Positions 13,101 to 25,750 of a stretch of DNA of 64,000 nt are shown in pieces. Made by a program: the position numbers and the translations under genes. Numbering within the stretch: the stretch's first letter is position 1; the number at the start of each line of letters is the position of its first letter. The notes under the pieces are model-generated. The model saw nothing but the letters and a program-made list of their open reading frames with translations. It searched no databases and had not been told where the DNA came from. The DNA comes from Tilletiaria anomala UBC 951 (Eukaryota), in the NCBI RefSeq assembly GCF_000711695.1, contig NW_013547018.1, forward strand, positions 248,001 to 312,000, read 5' to 3'.

Positions 13101-13649
13101 ATTGGAGGAGGCGGCGTAGCCGTTGTTGTACATGCCTGCGCTGCCTGAGCGGCTTTCGTAGTACTCGTGGCCGCGCTGTGCACCGTCGTGGTGATCATGT
13201 ATCGTTTCGCGATCCATCAAGGCAGCACGGGTATCAGGTTCGAGCATCGGAGGAGAGCGAAGGTGGTCGGAGGGGTATGAAGTATCGCCGAGAGGAAGGT
13301 ATGCCGTGGTAGCAAGCCGGTGGTCCGGGTTACGATTGCAATGTTGAAAGGGCAACGGAAAGCAACGTCGGTCAGCAAGGGGATCGCATTATACATAAAT
13401 GCAATGGCCAGCAGGGATCCGCGCCTCCACGCTACAGGGAGGCTCCCAGTTCTCTATCGTTGTGAGAGATGCATGAAATGGACAACCTTTTCGGTTCCAT
13501 GTGACCCCCATACGCTAACCCTTCCGCCCCTTTGTGCGGCCAGCCTTGTGACTCACAAATACGGGGGCTGTCCCTTCCAACTGTCCTCTGGGAACTCCAA
13601 CAGGTGTTGCTGATCCTTGCCGGTTAGGAGGACGGTGGTTGTAGGCCAT
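10141..13649 (-). CDS. Chitin synthase, class III-like (GT2); exons approx. 13649-13557, 13175-12835, 12766-12380, 12305-10273, 10181-10141
   Basis: [61 protein letters not shown] and [11 protein letters not shown]. The last exon gives [13 protein letters not shown]. The first exon (MAYNHRPP...) is inferred from a phase-0 GTGAGT donor. Confidence 0.95.
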
Positions 13650-14831
13650 GTTGGATATATACCCAGAGCTTGATCACGACCAGGTGAGGTGGGTCTACGG
13701 AAAGGATGGGGCTGAAGCTCTGAGAATAGGTCCCTGTAGTGGCCCCGAATGCCATGTAAGGAGAGGATGCCGAGAATTTGCCCGCTCTCACCCACGGGCT
13801 ACACCGACCAGAGCAGCGACTGCCGGTCAACCTTCCTGCTCAAGCTCTTTCTTTGTTGAAATCTCGAAATTGAAAGAAAGCAAGCCCGAGACAGAGATAT
13901 ATGATCGATGGATTTGAATTTGACGCTTTGCACTGCCCTGCTGCCGCCCGAGATTGTGGTATAGCGAGAAGCGTGGCGCAGGCAACGAGGCAAGCAGGGG
14001 CACAGGCGCAGGCGCAAGCGGAAGCGATGATCCTTCCAGTGTCCAAGGCGGGGCGCTGGATGACTTTGGTCGTGAATGCGCCGCCAGACCTCAGAGAGAG
14101 GCACTGCAGAGTGTACGTAGCCGCGTCGCGCAATGCCGACGACAGATGCTCTTCCTTTCCGCCTACTCAACTCGAGGCGTCGTGACTGGATCTGCTTAGC
14201 ATGGGATACGCTTTCCTCTCCAGAATGAAAGCGACTTTATTGTTTTCCAAGGTGCACAAAAGGTGAATGGAAGGAGGATGTTTGTCCGTCGAGATGGTGA
14301 AGACAGCACCGTCAACAAAGTTGTGTGTGTGCGAGACTATGCACTACACAGGACCATGCGGCCGTCAACCAGCAGCCAGCCGTCGCGTGTTGCGCGACAT
14401 CTCTACAACGGCTTTCCTCATTTGCCATGACTACGTTGCAATGACGCGCGCAAGGCATAACACTCAGACTTGGTCCACAATGACATCCCAATGGCCGAAA
14501 TGCACTTCAAGAAGCTCTATCTTGCATGCCAACTGCGCAGATGCATGTGAAGCTCCGAAGGGTTGAGTGCTGTGCATATGTAGGACTGGAGTTGGGTGCG
14601 CAATGACCGTTTTACGCTGTGTTTCCTCGTTTAATAAACATGAACTACGACGACCACGCGTGGTGACGTGAACCATGTTAACATTCACTTCGGGCGCCAA
14701 GGTATCATCCTTCAAACCAAATATAAGCGACAGAATGAGTGACTGCAGCAGATGTAGACGTCGCCACCTATGTCATCCAAGATGGTCGGGCTTGCCAACT
14801 TCCAAGACAGCGACAAGTTGCGCGAAGGCTC

Positions 14832-14986
14832 TTAACTTAGTGATGAATCGATTCGCTTCGAGTTTCTCTTTCACACCTGCGCTCGCTAGGATCGTCGGTG
14901 ACCTGTGGTACGCATAGCACTCGCAAAAGGTAGTAGTAGCAGTTTTTTCAATAATTGATGTAGAGCCCTACTTCATCTGAGGTTAG
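14832..14986 (+). ncRNA. Candidate box C/D snoRNA
   Basis: C box GTGATGA at 14840-14846 and D box CTGA at 14977-14980. Terminal stem TAACT (14833-14837) / GGTTA (14981-14985), with 2 unpaired nt before the C box. No rRNA guide target recognised. Confidence 0.25.
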
Positions 14987-15239
14987 CCGGGCGGTTGAAC
15001 TTGATTGCTAGTACATGGTTCTACTATACCGTCTACATTCCTTAGGACATGTCAAAGTGCCCGCTCGGCTGCAAGCAATGCTGCTTGCTATTTAATGTGA
15101 ACCGATATGGGCCAAGCCTATCGAGAAGGATCGCTGCCTCATGTTTACATGACGACATGGAGTCGCCACGTAGCCGGTTGAACAGGTCGATATCCCAACT
15201 TTGATCGAAACTGGATCTTGTCACGAGTATAATCATGAG

Positions 15240-15252
15240 GTATGAGTCATAC
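15240..15252. promoter_or_regulatory. Palindromic Gcn4/CpcA (AP-1-type) site GTATGAGTCATAC
   Basis: Perfect ATGA(G)TCAT consensus inside a 13-bp interrupted palindrome, in the divergent intergenic region between chitin synthase and the ABCC transporter. Confidence 0.3.
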
Positions 15253-16089
15253 ATTTATGCGTATCTCCAGCCAAGTGGGCGTTACGTGCCATTAGCGCCG
15301 TGCAATACAGGTAGATGCTGGGAAATAGCGAAATTGGAGATCGTACGTGGCAGATGTAGATGGCACTTGTTGCCGAGAACGAAACCCTCGTCAGTGGATG
15401 AAATCTATCTTACCAGAAGGAACAAACAACTGAGTCTGCGCACAACTGTCACTCACAACGCCGTCCCTTGGGGCCGAGAGAGAGTCAAAGGAGGGTGAGA
15501 GATCAATTTGGATAGGCGCCTGAGCAGTCTACCTAGGGCGATGCTACGATGGATCGGCGATACAGCGGTGCGAGGGGGGGGGGTTAGGTCCGCGGGTGTT
15601 GTGTAACCAATCATGATTGGAAACAAAAAAAAGTTGCCGCGAGGCGTCGGCCGAGACAGACAGACAGGGCCCCTGTTACATGTACAAGTCCAAGTAACAG
15701 GGTTAGAAAACACGCAGCACCGTGGTCGGTGATAGCTTCTAGACGGCGTTCCCTTAACTGCTGCGATTGCTTGCACTTGGATTTACCAAGAGCTTGAGTC
15801 TCGGTAGTGGTCAACAACAACGAGACGCTACGCAGGGTTAGCTAGTGTGGAGGATTCGACCATAGTAGTCGTGGTAAAGCTGATCGTCGCCTCGGTCTTA
15901 CAGGCTTTTGCGGTCCTCATTGCTGCCTGACCCTATGGCATCTCTCTAGTGAATTCCTATCTCACTTCGTTCTCATTTCTCTCCGCTGGAGAAGCTCAAG
16001 TGCTCAGCTGACGTCGGTTGGAGAGAAAGGGTTGCACCTGCAACACATCGCAAACCAAGGCAGTCTGGTATTGCGTGCGGACCTTCAGG

Positions 16090-19000
16090 ATGGCGGGCTC
16101 CTCCGTCGCGCAGTGGGCGCAGTCGTCCATCTACGCTGCCTTCTGGCCCTCGGACGCTTTTGGGGTAGACGCACACCCAAGTCTCGGTACCACCGCACAG
16201 AATGTGCTGCTTGACCAAGCCTTTTCCTCGCCCTCTCCCGACGCAAGCAACAGCAGCGGGCAGCTCGCACAGACCGTCATCGCCGACCCTCTCGCCGCAG
16301 CTGGGGCTTCGATCCTTCTGCATGTCGGTAAAGGCAGCACGCCTCCGCGATGGATCCGCAATACTTGCCGCAACTACGAGGGCTGGGGGCCCTTGAGTCA
16401 GCACAGGGATCTTGACTTCACGCCTTGCTTCCTGCAAGCTGTGTTCATTGCCGCTCCGGTCCTGTTGCTCGCATTGTTCGGTGAGTGAGAATGGCGGGTT
16501 CCTTGCTATGTAAGCTTCCTCTAGCTGTATCTGACATCTTCAGTCTTCACGATTTTATCAGGCGCTGCGAATCTGGTACTCCTCGCCAAGAAGGAAGAAA
16601 GACCGCTCTCTCGCTTCTCTCGATCACTGCTAAGATCAAAAGAAGTGATCGTCTGTGCATTGGCGGTCCTTGCGGCTGTGAAGCTGTCACTATCGTACGG
16701 TATATTTGGTGGCGTTCTCCTCGATATTCAATCCATCACTCCCCTCATCACCTTCCTCGGCTACCTCCTCATCCTGGCTGTGCAGCGTCTGAACCACACT
16801 CGAACCCGGCGCAGCTCCACCATCCTGCTCTTCTTCTGGCTCGAACAGCTCATAGCGCATCTCTTGGAGCTGCACAATACGCTTTCAGGTCACAGCTCGC
16901 CGATCAGCGAGGACACCGCAGGCTTCATAATTCTCGTGCTCAAGCTGGTCCTGCTCCTGTCCGTCTTCGGCCTCGAGTGTGCCGGCGTCGAGGTCGGCAG
17001 CCTTGCACCCGAGCAGAAGGAGGCATACCTCAAGCAGCGTAGGCAACAGCTTTTCGAGCAGCGAAGGGAGGTGTTGCGCAATGGAAAAAAATCGAATGGC
17101 TACAGCGAGTTGCCTCAGCACCATGCGAATGGCAGTAGCGCCGCGAGAGCTGCGTCGGCTCCGATCAGCGCGGCGGAAGACTCTGGCTTCGCGTCCGTCT
17201 TCTCCGACGAGGGCGGCACAGATGGCGGCTACGATGCGTTGAACGTCGAGAAGGAATGTCCGATTAACACGGCCAATGCTTTCTCGCGTTTGACGTTCAA
17301 CTGGATGCAGCCGATGATGTCGCTTGGTTCCCAAAAGTTCCTCGGCGAGGATGACATGTGGAGTCTTCCTCCAGACGAGGACGCCGAAGCCCTCGGCAAG
17401 CGCTTTGCGAAACACTGGAAGACAACACGCACTCGTGACGGCAAACCACGCATTTGGCTCACCCTAGCCAAAGCGTATGGCGGTCCTTTCTTCTTTGCTG
17501 CCGTCCTCAAGGCCGCACAGGATACGCTGGCTTTTGCACAGCCGCAGGTACTACGCAAGCTGCTTCAGTTCGTGCAGAACTGGGACACGGAAGGCCACAA
17601 AAACCTCGTCCCGATGCAGGGCTATGTCCTCTCGGCTCTGCTCTTCTTCGTCGCAATTGTCCAGACCAGCTTCTTGCACCAGTACTTCCAGCTCGCTTTC
17701 ATGACCGGCATGCGCGTGCGCGCGGGACTCGTCAGCGCCATCTACAAAAAGAGCCTTAGATTATCCAACAATGAGCGGGGCAAGCGTGCCACTGGCGACA
17801 TTGTCAATCTCATGAGCGTCGACGCCACCAGGTTGCAGGACCTCTGCACAGTGAGTATACCTTGTGTGATACGTGTTAGTCATACTGCACCGCTAATCAG
17901 CCACTCCCTCTGTCCCCCGCGCATCTGTTACTTAGTACGGCCACATCATCTGGAGCGCCCTTTTCCAGATGACCCTCGCGTTCATCAGTTTGTACTCGCT
18001 CATGGGCTGGCAAGCCTTTGTCGGCGTTGCGATCATGGTCGTTAGCGTTCCGCTGAACACTGTCTTGGCGCGCTACATGAAGAAGCTTAGCGAAAAGCAG
18101 ATGGTGGTCAAAGACCGTCGTACGCGCATGATGAACGAGATCTTGCAAAACATCAAGACGATCAAGCTCTTTGCATGGGAGGACGCTTTTGCAAAGAAAC
18201 TGAACCAGGTCCGGAACGTTGAAGAGCTGCGCCTCCTCAGGGTCGTCGGCACTGTTTCGGCATTCTTCAACTTTTTCTGGACCGCCATCCCCTTCTTAGT
18301 GTCTCTTGCGACATTCACAACGTACGCCTTCACCAGCGACGTCCCGCTCACCGCCGACGTCATCTTCCCAGCGCTTTCGCTCTTCTCATTGCTGCAATTC
18401 CCGATCGCCATGCTCGCCAGCATCATCACGGCCGTCATCGCCGCGCAAGTCTCGGCCCGCCGCTTGGCCGAATTCCTCGACGCCGGCGAGCTGGATCCTG
18501 AAGCGCGCAAAGTCATCATCCCCGGACAGTCCACTGCGTCTGCGGATGGCGCGGCGCTCACACCTGAGGAGGTTGAGAATGCCCGCGTGCCCGAAATCGG
18601 TGACGACGTTGTGACTATCCGCAACGGCGAGTTCGAATGGAGCAAGGACCAGCCGGTGCCGACGTTGCAGGACATCGATTTGACCGTCAAGAAAGGCGAA
18701 TTGCTCGCCGTCCTTGGTAAAGTCGGCGACGGCAAATCCTCGTTGCTCGCTGCCATCCTTGGTGAAATGAACCGCACGGATGGAGAAGTCGTCGTTAAGG
18801 GCCGCACTGCTTACTTTAGTCAGGGCGGCTGGGCCATGGGCGCCACGGTGCGCGACAACATCCTCTTCGGCCTCAAGTATGAACCAGACTTCTACCAGCG
18901 CGTTATTGACGCCTGCGCACTTGGCCCCGACCTCAATATTTTGCCAAATGGAGACCAGACCGAGATCGGAGAACGCGGAGTCTCGCTTTCTGGCGGTCAG

Positions 19001-21356
19001 CGTGCTCGTGTTGCGCTCGCCCGCGCCTGCTATGCTCGTGCAGACATCTATCTCCTGGATGACCCTCTTGCTGCAGTTGATGCGCACGTTGCCAGTCACA
19101 TCTTTGAGCATGTCATTGGGCCCAATGGGATGCTCAAGAGCAAAGCGAGGATCTTGACGCTCAACTCAGTCGCTGCACTCCCGCAATGTGATCAGATCAT
19201 CTCAGTTCGCCGCGGTATCATTTTGGACGAGCGCGGTACCTATGCTGAGGTCATGGCAAGGAAGGGCGAGCTGTACACCCTCATCACCGGTCTTGGCAAG
19301 CAATCCAACGACAAGAGCGACGACACAGGGCTTAAGTCCGAAGGAGAGGTTGCGGAGCAAGAGCAGAACGTCGATGAAGGTTTCATGCAAGCCCAAAAGG
19401 AAGAGATGAGGTCGCGTCGCGCGAGCTCGGCGTCCATGAGGAGGCCGCAGATGCTGTCTCGCAAGCAGATCAAGGCGGAGACACTCAAACAGCTGCGCGA
19501 AACCTCCACTCCACAGGAAAATCGCGCCACTGGCTCCGTGTCATGGGAGGTATACAAGCAGTACGCCAAGAGCAGCAACTTGATTGGCGTCTCCCTCTAC
19601 TTAGCTGCGCAGGTGCTCACGCAGGTATTCCAGGTCGGCCGTGACGTCGTTCTGAAGCAGTACGCCGCAAAGAACTTGGCAGCAGGTGGGGTCGACAAGG
19701 GCGCTACGACCTTTTTTCTTGGTATGTACGCTACAGTCGGTCTCTCCGGTTCGTTGATGATGTGCGTCGCACCGTTCATCCTCTTGTCGTGGCTCGTCAT
19801 CTCTTCTGCCCGCCGCTTCCACGACGGTATGTACAGCTCGGTCATGAGCTCGCCGCTGCAGTGGTTTGAGACCATTCCGACCGGCCGCTTGCTCAACCTA
19901 TTCAGCAGGGATATCAACGTCATCGACGAGACGCTTCCACGTGTTGTGCACAGCGCTATCCGAACCGGCATGATCGTTACTGGTGTACTTGTTGTCGTGT
20001 CTTACTCCGTCCCACCGTTCCTTGTCGCGGTCATTCCTCTCGGCATTGGCTACCACTACATCCTCAAATATTACCTTGCAACATCTCGAGAGCTCAAGCG
20101 TTTGGACTCAATTTCCAAGTCACCGATCTTCCAGTTCTTCAGCGAAACCTTGGGCGGCCTGAGTTCCGTCCGCGCCTTTGGCCAAGAGGCGCGCTTCATT
20201 GCCACCTCATTGGCAAGAGTCGATCGCAATCAGCAGTGCTACTTCCCAAGCGTCAGCTGTAATCGTTGGTTAGCCGTCAGGATCGAGTTCGTCGGCTCTG
20301 TCATCATCCTAATCGCCAGTATGCTCGCTGTTGTCATTAAGACACGTAACGGCAACATGGAGGCCGGTCTCTTGGGTCTGATGATGTCTCAGACGCTCAA
20401 CACGACGCAAGCGCTGAATTGGGTGGTCCGCAGCGTTTCTGAGGTTGAGCAGAACATCGTCAGCGTGGAGCGTATTTTGTCTTATTCGGAGCTCACACCC
20501 GAGGCCCCTTTGGAAATTCCTGACAACAAACCACCGGCAGGTTGGCCAAGTAAAGGCGACGTTGCATTGGAGCAATACTCGACCCGGTACAGGCCCGAGC
20601 TTCCCTTGGTCCTCAAGGGTATCAACGTCGCCATCCGCGCAGGTGAGCGCATTGGCGTTTGCGGCAGGACTGGTGCGGGCAAGAGCTCGCTCGCCCTTGC
20701 GCTTTTCCGCATCATCGAGCCTACGAATGGACGGATCATCATCGATGGTGTTGATGCAACAAAGATCGGCCTAAAAGACTTGCGTCGATCTATTTCCATC
20801 ATTCCTCAAGACGCCAACATTTGGGAAGGAACACTTCGAGACAATCTTGATCCCACTGGCGAAACTGATGATGCTGCATTGTGGAGGGCCCTCGACTCTG
20901 CACATCTTCGCGAGCATGTCAACTCCCTAGAGGGTAGGCTCGACGCGAAGCTGTGCGAGGGAGGCACGAACTTCTCATCCGGACAAAGGCAGCTCATCTG
21001 TATTGCGCGAGCGTTCCTGCGTCAATCCGAAGTCCTCATCTTGGACGAAGCGACGGCAAACATCGACCTGGAAACCGACGACAAGCTACAAAAGATCGTT
21101 AGGTCTGAATTCAAAGGCACCACCATCACTGTGGCGCACCGCCTCAACACCATGTGAGTGCTGCCTCGCAGTTTCGCGCCCGGCTTCAAACTCTCTGACC
21201 GCCTTGTTCCCTTTACGCAGTATGGACTCAAGCCGCATTCTCGTGCTGAAGGACGGAGAGGTGGCTGAGTTCGACACACCAGAAAATCTTCTGCTAAAGA
21301 AGACATCGATCTTCTTCTCCATGGCCGTCGAGGCCGGCCTTGTGAAGGTGCAATAG
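16090..21356 (+). CDS. YCF1: ABCC/MRP-type ABC transporter, Ycf1-like (TMD0-TMD1-NBD1-TMD2-NBD2); introns approx. 16481-16561, 17851-17936, 21154-21220
   Basis: N-terminal CRNYEGWGP...[18 protein letters not shown], Walker [10 protein letters not shown] and GRTGAGKSS, signature LSGGQRAR and FSSGQRQ, Walker B IYLLDD and ILDEATA. The symbol indicates family-level orthology only. Confidence 0.92.
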
Positions 21357-21440
21357 ACCTGATCGAACAGCATTGGATTAGAGCCAGTGGAATGTACGCA
21401 GACGGTGTGGCAGACAGCCATGACTTTATTTACTCGTATA

Positions 21441-24397
21441 TCAATCGTCCTGAGTCAGGTCAAGGATCTCTGGTCGCGATGCGGCCGAAGCGTGCTGAGG
21501 AATTGGATGCCTAGCACGTTCTTTCGAGGGTAGCAGAGTACCACCTTCGACCAAGCTATCCAGTTGCTGAAGGAATGCGCTTCCTTCGCGATGTCGTGCT
21601 CGTGCGGGCTGTGACGCGGCGATGCGTGTCGCTTTGACCGGCTCGTGGACGGGCGGCGAATCGTCAAAAAGAACGATAGCGTCCTCAGGCGACGCGTTCC
21701 TTCCTTTCTTGAGTAGTGGCACAGGCTTTCTCGGTGTTTGAACCTCGGCGCTTGTTGATGAAGCCGCATGTTCGCGCTTCTGCGAGCCAGCGGAGGATAC
21801 CGACAACGTGCGAGTAAACTCCTTGCTTTTGCCTTTGATGCGTTCAACTTGAGAAACACTCTGCGATTTAGCGTCAAAAGTCTTGTCATCGTCCGAGGCG
21901 GCCTCAAAGAATTTTGAGAAGACATAATCGCGGCCTGTAGCTGGTGATGACGGCAAAGCGGTGGGCTCTGTCCTTGGAGCCCCATGATTCGCGCGGCTCA
22001 TCCATGCTGGCCGTTGCAGGCGATCCTTGGAAGGGTTTCTGGTTTCCACCAGGTCGCCTCGTGTATCGTCTTCCAAGCTGTCATCGGAGAGAAACCCGAA
22101 ATGCATCTCTTTCTTCTTCCTCGGCGTCGCCTGAGGGGAAGACTTCGAGCTTGTAGATTTGGTGAGAGAATGGAAAGGACTAAGGGCATCAGCAAGAAGC
22201 GACTGCTTGGACATCACAGTGCTGCTGACTGAGGAACTCCTAGAGAAGCTGCGACTCGTCGTGCCTTTGGAACCCTTCTTCTTGGCTTGGACTTTTTGTG
22301 CCTTTCCCTTCTGCTTGGACTCCCATTCGGATATTAGCTCTTTTCCTCGTCGCGTATCGGCTAGTAATTCTTGAGTGATCCACTCCAACCTAGGACCTTC
22401 TTTCATTTGCGGTTTGCACTTCGGCTTCGAAGAAGGCCCCTGAGACTCGTCCTCGACTACATCGAAATCCTGAAGCAAGGATGCCGCGCCAGCTGTGCTT
22501 GGTGATGGAGGAGGCGGTGGCTCCATCTGCAGCTTGTCCAAGATGGACTGCACAAGCTGATCCAGGGAGCTGTCGTCAAGGCTGACGCGATACTCAAGGC
22601 GTCCATTCATAGGTCGTGTCCGCACAATTTCTTTAAGCTGAATGAGAGTATTTTTGGTGGTCTTGTGAGTGGAGCTCGAGGACCGTGCTAAGATGGCAGA
22701 CGGCCTCGAAGCAGGACATGATGTCGATGCCGATGAGCAGCCAGCTCGAGACTCGGCTCGGTGCTCGGCATTGTAAGATCTGGCAACACGTGCAAGAGTC
22801 ACTTTTTCGCGCAAATCATACACGAGTGCGCGATTGCCATTTGCATCTTCCAATAGTGCCTCCGCTCGCATGCTTCGTACCAAGATGCCCTCAGCCAGCA
22901 TCATTTGAGTTTTTCGCCGGATTTGTTCATCTGTCCATGCAAATTTTTTCCTGAACAGCACTAGCAGTCTCACCAAATCAAGGCACATGGTGTCTTGCGT
23001 TGAAGACCATTCCAAAGCGCTACTCCGATCGATCCGGTCGACGTCGAATGTATTTTCGGTCAAGTGACTAGCGTCACCGCTCTTTGTCCAATCCAGCTCA
23101 AATTGCGCGCTGGTGCATCCCAGCTTGAGACAGTGTAAAGTGGTGTTGGGCCAGATGTAGCTTGCGAGAACGGACACACTATCTGGTGTGGTCAGGAAAT
23201 TGTCCCTGACCTTCTGTGCCACAGCCTTTTGCCTCTTATGTAGCAAGCCACTCTCGTTGGTCTCCAGTTCCTGGCAAATTTCCGCTAATACGGCGTCCCG
23301 CTGGCGCCGCCATAGAGCCTCGTTAAGTTCAAGACGCGGCATCCATCTTGGACCTTCGTATGACGGTACTGGTGGTGCGTCCGATGCGACAGATGCTTTG
23401 AGTACATTGACCAGGCGGGTGCCAAACCCAAGTGAAGCGAGCACTTTGCTTATTGTGGGTCCGCAGCTGATCACGCCTGACAAATTGTAGTCTCCACCCG
23501 AGAGGCAGGCGATGAGAATCAAGCCCTCCCGATCCAGAGGTAGATTTAGCTCTTCGTCTTCTGCATCCCTTGATTCGTCACCGGAGGCATCGCCCTCTTC
23601 AGTATCAGATGCATATGCGCTCATCAGCCAACCTTGGCATGATTCGCATGGCTTGTTCTTGTCCACGGCAATCGCTTTTTTAACCGTGTACATGGGCATG
23701 TCCTGAGACTTGAGGTATTTTCCCGACGCTTGCCTACGGGACGGGCCTGCGAGGCCGTTGCTCTCATTGGAAAGAGTGCGGGCCATGTGCCGTTTCTTGG
23801 TAGCAAGCGTGCCTGGTAGACCTGCGCCAGCGCTGTTACCAGAGGAGCGATGAGCTGGTTAGCAAGAGTAAATCGAATGAAATCTATCACCTAATGGCGC
23901 CTTGCTCACTTCCTAAACACGCGCTTGGCGCCGAACAGTAGAACATCCACATCATCTGTCAATACGACGTCGATGATATTGTGCTCGTTCATCCAAGCCA
24001 GCTCCGCTTCTGCTTCCCCCGGCGCAGTCCTCTCTAGAAACCCAAAAGCCCTAATGAGCAGCTTGAATTCGTCTGTTTCTTTCTGTGCCTTCCAATGTAA
24101 GGCTCTACTCGTTTCCTTTCCTCTTTTGAAGCTCGGCTTTCGGGGGCCATCAAAGACAAAGACGGGCAAAATGGGCAAGCTGAAGAGATTAACGAGCCGG
24201 TAAAATATCATGCGAAGACTGGCGTTTGGGCCGACCTCGCCCGGAAGGCCTTTACCGTGGAACATCCATAATGAGGAATCGATGCCGAGCCGCAAAGCCT
24301 TGTACGGTGAGGCTCGGTAGTAGCGCCATGCTTCGTCCTCTAAGCTGGAGATGGTGCAGGCGTGATCGAGATGGTTCCAAAGCCCAGTCACGCCCAT
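21441..24397 (-). CDS. XPG/Rad2-family structure-specific nuclease, GEN1/Yen1-like; intron 23909-23833
   Basis: MGVTGLW start, LGIDSSLW, VFVFDGP, APGEAEAELA, LTDDVDVLLFGA, LIACLSGGDY...CG (H2TH), followed by a long basic/Ser-rich tail. Confidence 0.88.
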
Positions 24398-24809
24398 GGT
24401 GTACACCGTCGAAGCTGGGAGCACCCACAACGCGCATCAAGCGCTGAATCAGCTGGTGCCCGTGGAGAGCGGAGCAATGACTGTGGCAATAGTGCTCAAG
24501 GTCCCAATTCAGCTACATTTCAGAACGCCCATCCAGGATGCAACAGCAAACTTCTCCCGAAGACCTACCACTGGGTGTGGTAAAAGAGTTGGATAACTCA
24601 TGCGCCGTGCTAAATGTGGCAAGGGGCGCGTCTTCGCGTGGCAAGTGTAGAGCATCGTTCAGCCATTTACTGCTCTGACTTTTCTTAAGCCAAAAAGATA
24701 CCAGAATCCTCGCCACTATACACCTTTCGTGGTGACTTGGGATTAGTTTGGAACAGTAGCATTCTCTTGTATGGTGCCAGATGTGAAGACCGAATGCTTT
24801 ACGTGTATG

Positions 24810-25750
24810 CTACATGTTGAAGATCCTAAGATTCAAATCGGCGAACCTCACGAAGGCTGCGACTATAGCCAAGCTGACACAGGCGGGGAAGAGATGAAGT
24901 CGGACGATAGAGTAGACCCACACGGTGCCCAACGGCGGCGTCCGGCGCATGACAACTTCCCAGTCCGACTGCAGAAGAACTGAGATGAGAACGGGGTTCC
25001 ATAATATGACGAATCTACGAGCAAGAGCAAAACAATCACCTTGGCCATGACCCACAAAAAGGAGCAGCCGCTGAGGATTCCGACCAGGAACAAACCTGCT
25101 TGAAGCAAAGGCTGATCCTTCCCCTTCTTGGGCATTGCTGCAGGAGTGCGCCCACTTAGGTATTAGACAGGCGCAGTGCGGAAGAAGGTCTCACCAACGC
25201 ACTAATATATACGAAAGTTCCGAGTACTGGCAGGCAGATGGAGGGGACGATCGTGTCAATAATGGCCCTCACACCATAGGATGTACATGTGTGCGCCAAG
25301 GCACTCACTCGGCACATTTGCGAGCATCTTCGTCATTTCACCCAGGAAACTCGGATGCTGTGCGTACTGCTGCTGTATCATGATATCTAGCAGCAAGAAC
25401 AGGAACCCAAATGGCATGGTCCAAATAATGACATCAAATGCCTCCTCCACTTGTGGGTTCATGCCATCTCGATTCGCATCCTCCATGACTTGCTGCGCGC
25501 TCGTACCCTGAACCGAGTATTCATCTGCGCCATAGTCATCCTCGCCGTCATCTCCGGAATCCGAATCGTCGTCAGGTTCGTCCTCTTCAGAGTCAGAATA
25601 GTTGGCCCAGGCGTGCGCTTGCGCAGTCTGTCGCTGCTCGACCCCCGGCTTGAACGGGACAAAGTCGGCAGGCAACCGCTCGTAAATTCCACTTTGCTGC
25701 GCGAGACGCTCGATCTCTTCGTCTGGGATAACCTCTTCGATCTTTCCCAT
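24810..25750 (-). CDS. Fungal membrane protein of unknown function (acidic N-terminus, several TM segments; 4 exons)
   Basis: MGKIEEVIPDEE..., acidic tract, IIWTMPFGFLFLLLDIMIQQQYAQHP, LFLVGILSGCSFLWVMAK, then SDWEVVMRRTPPLGTVWVYSIVRL...IFNM* after canonical introns. Confidence 0.75.
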
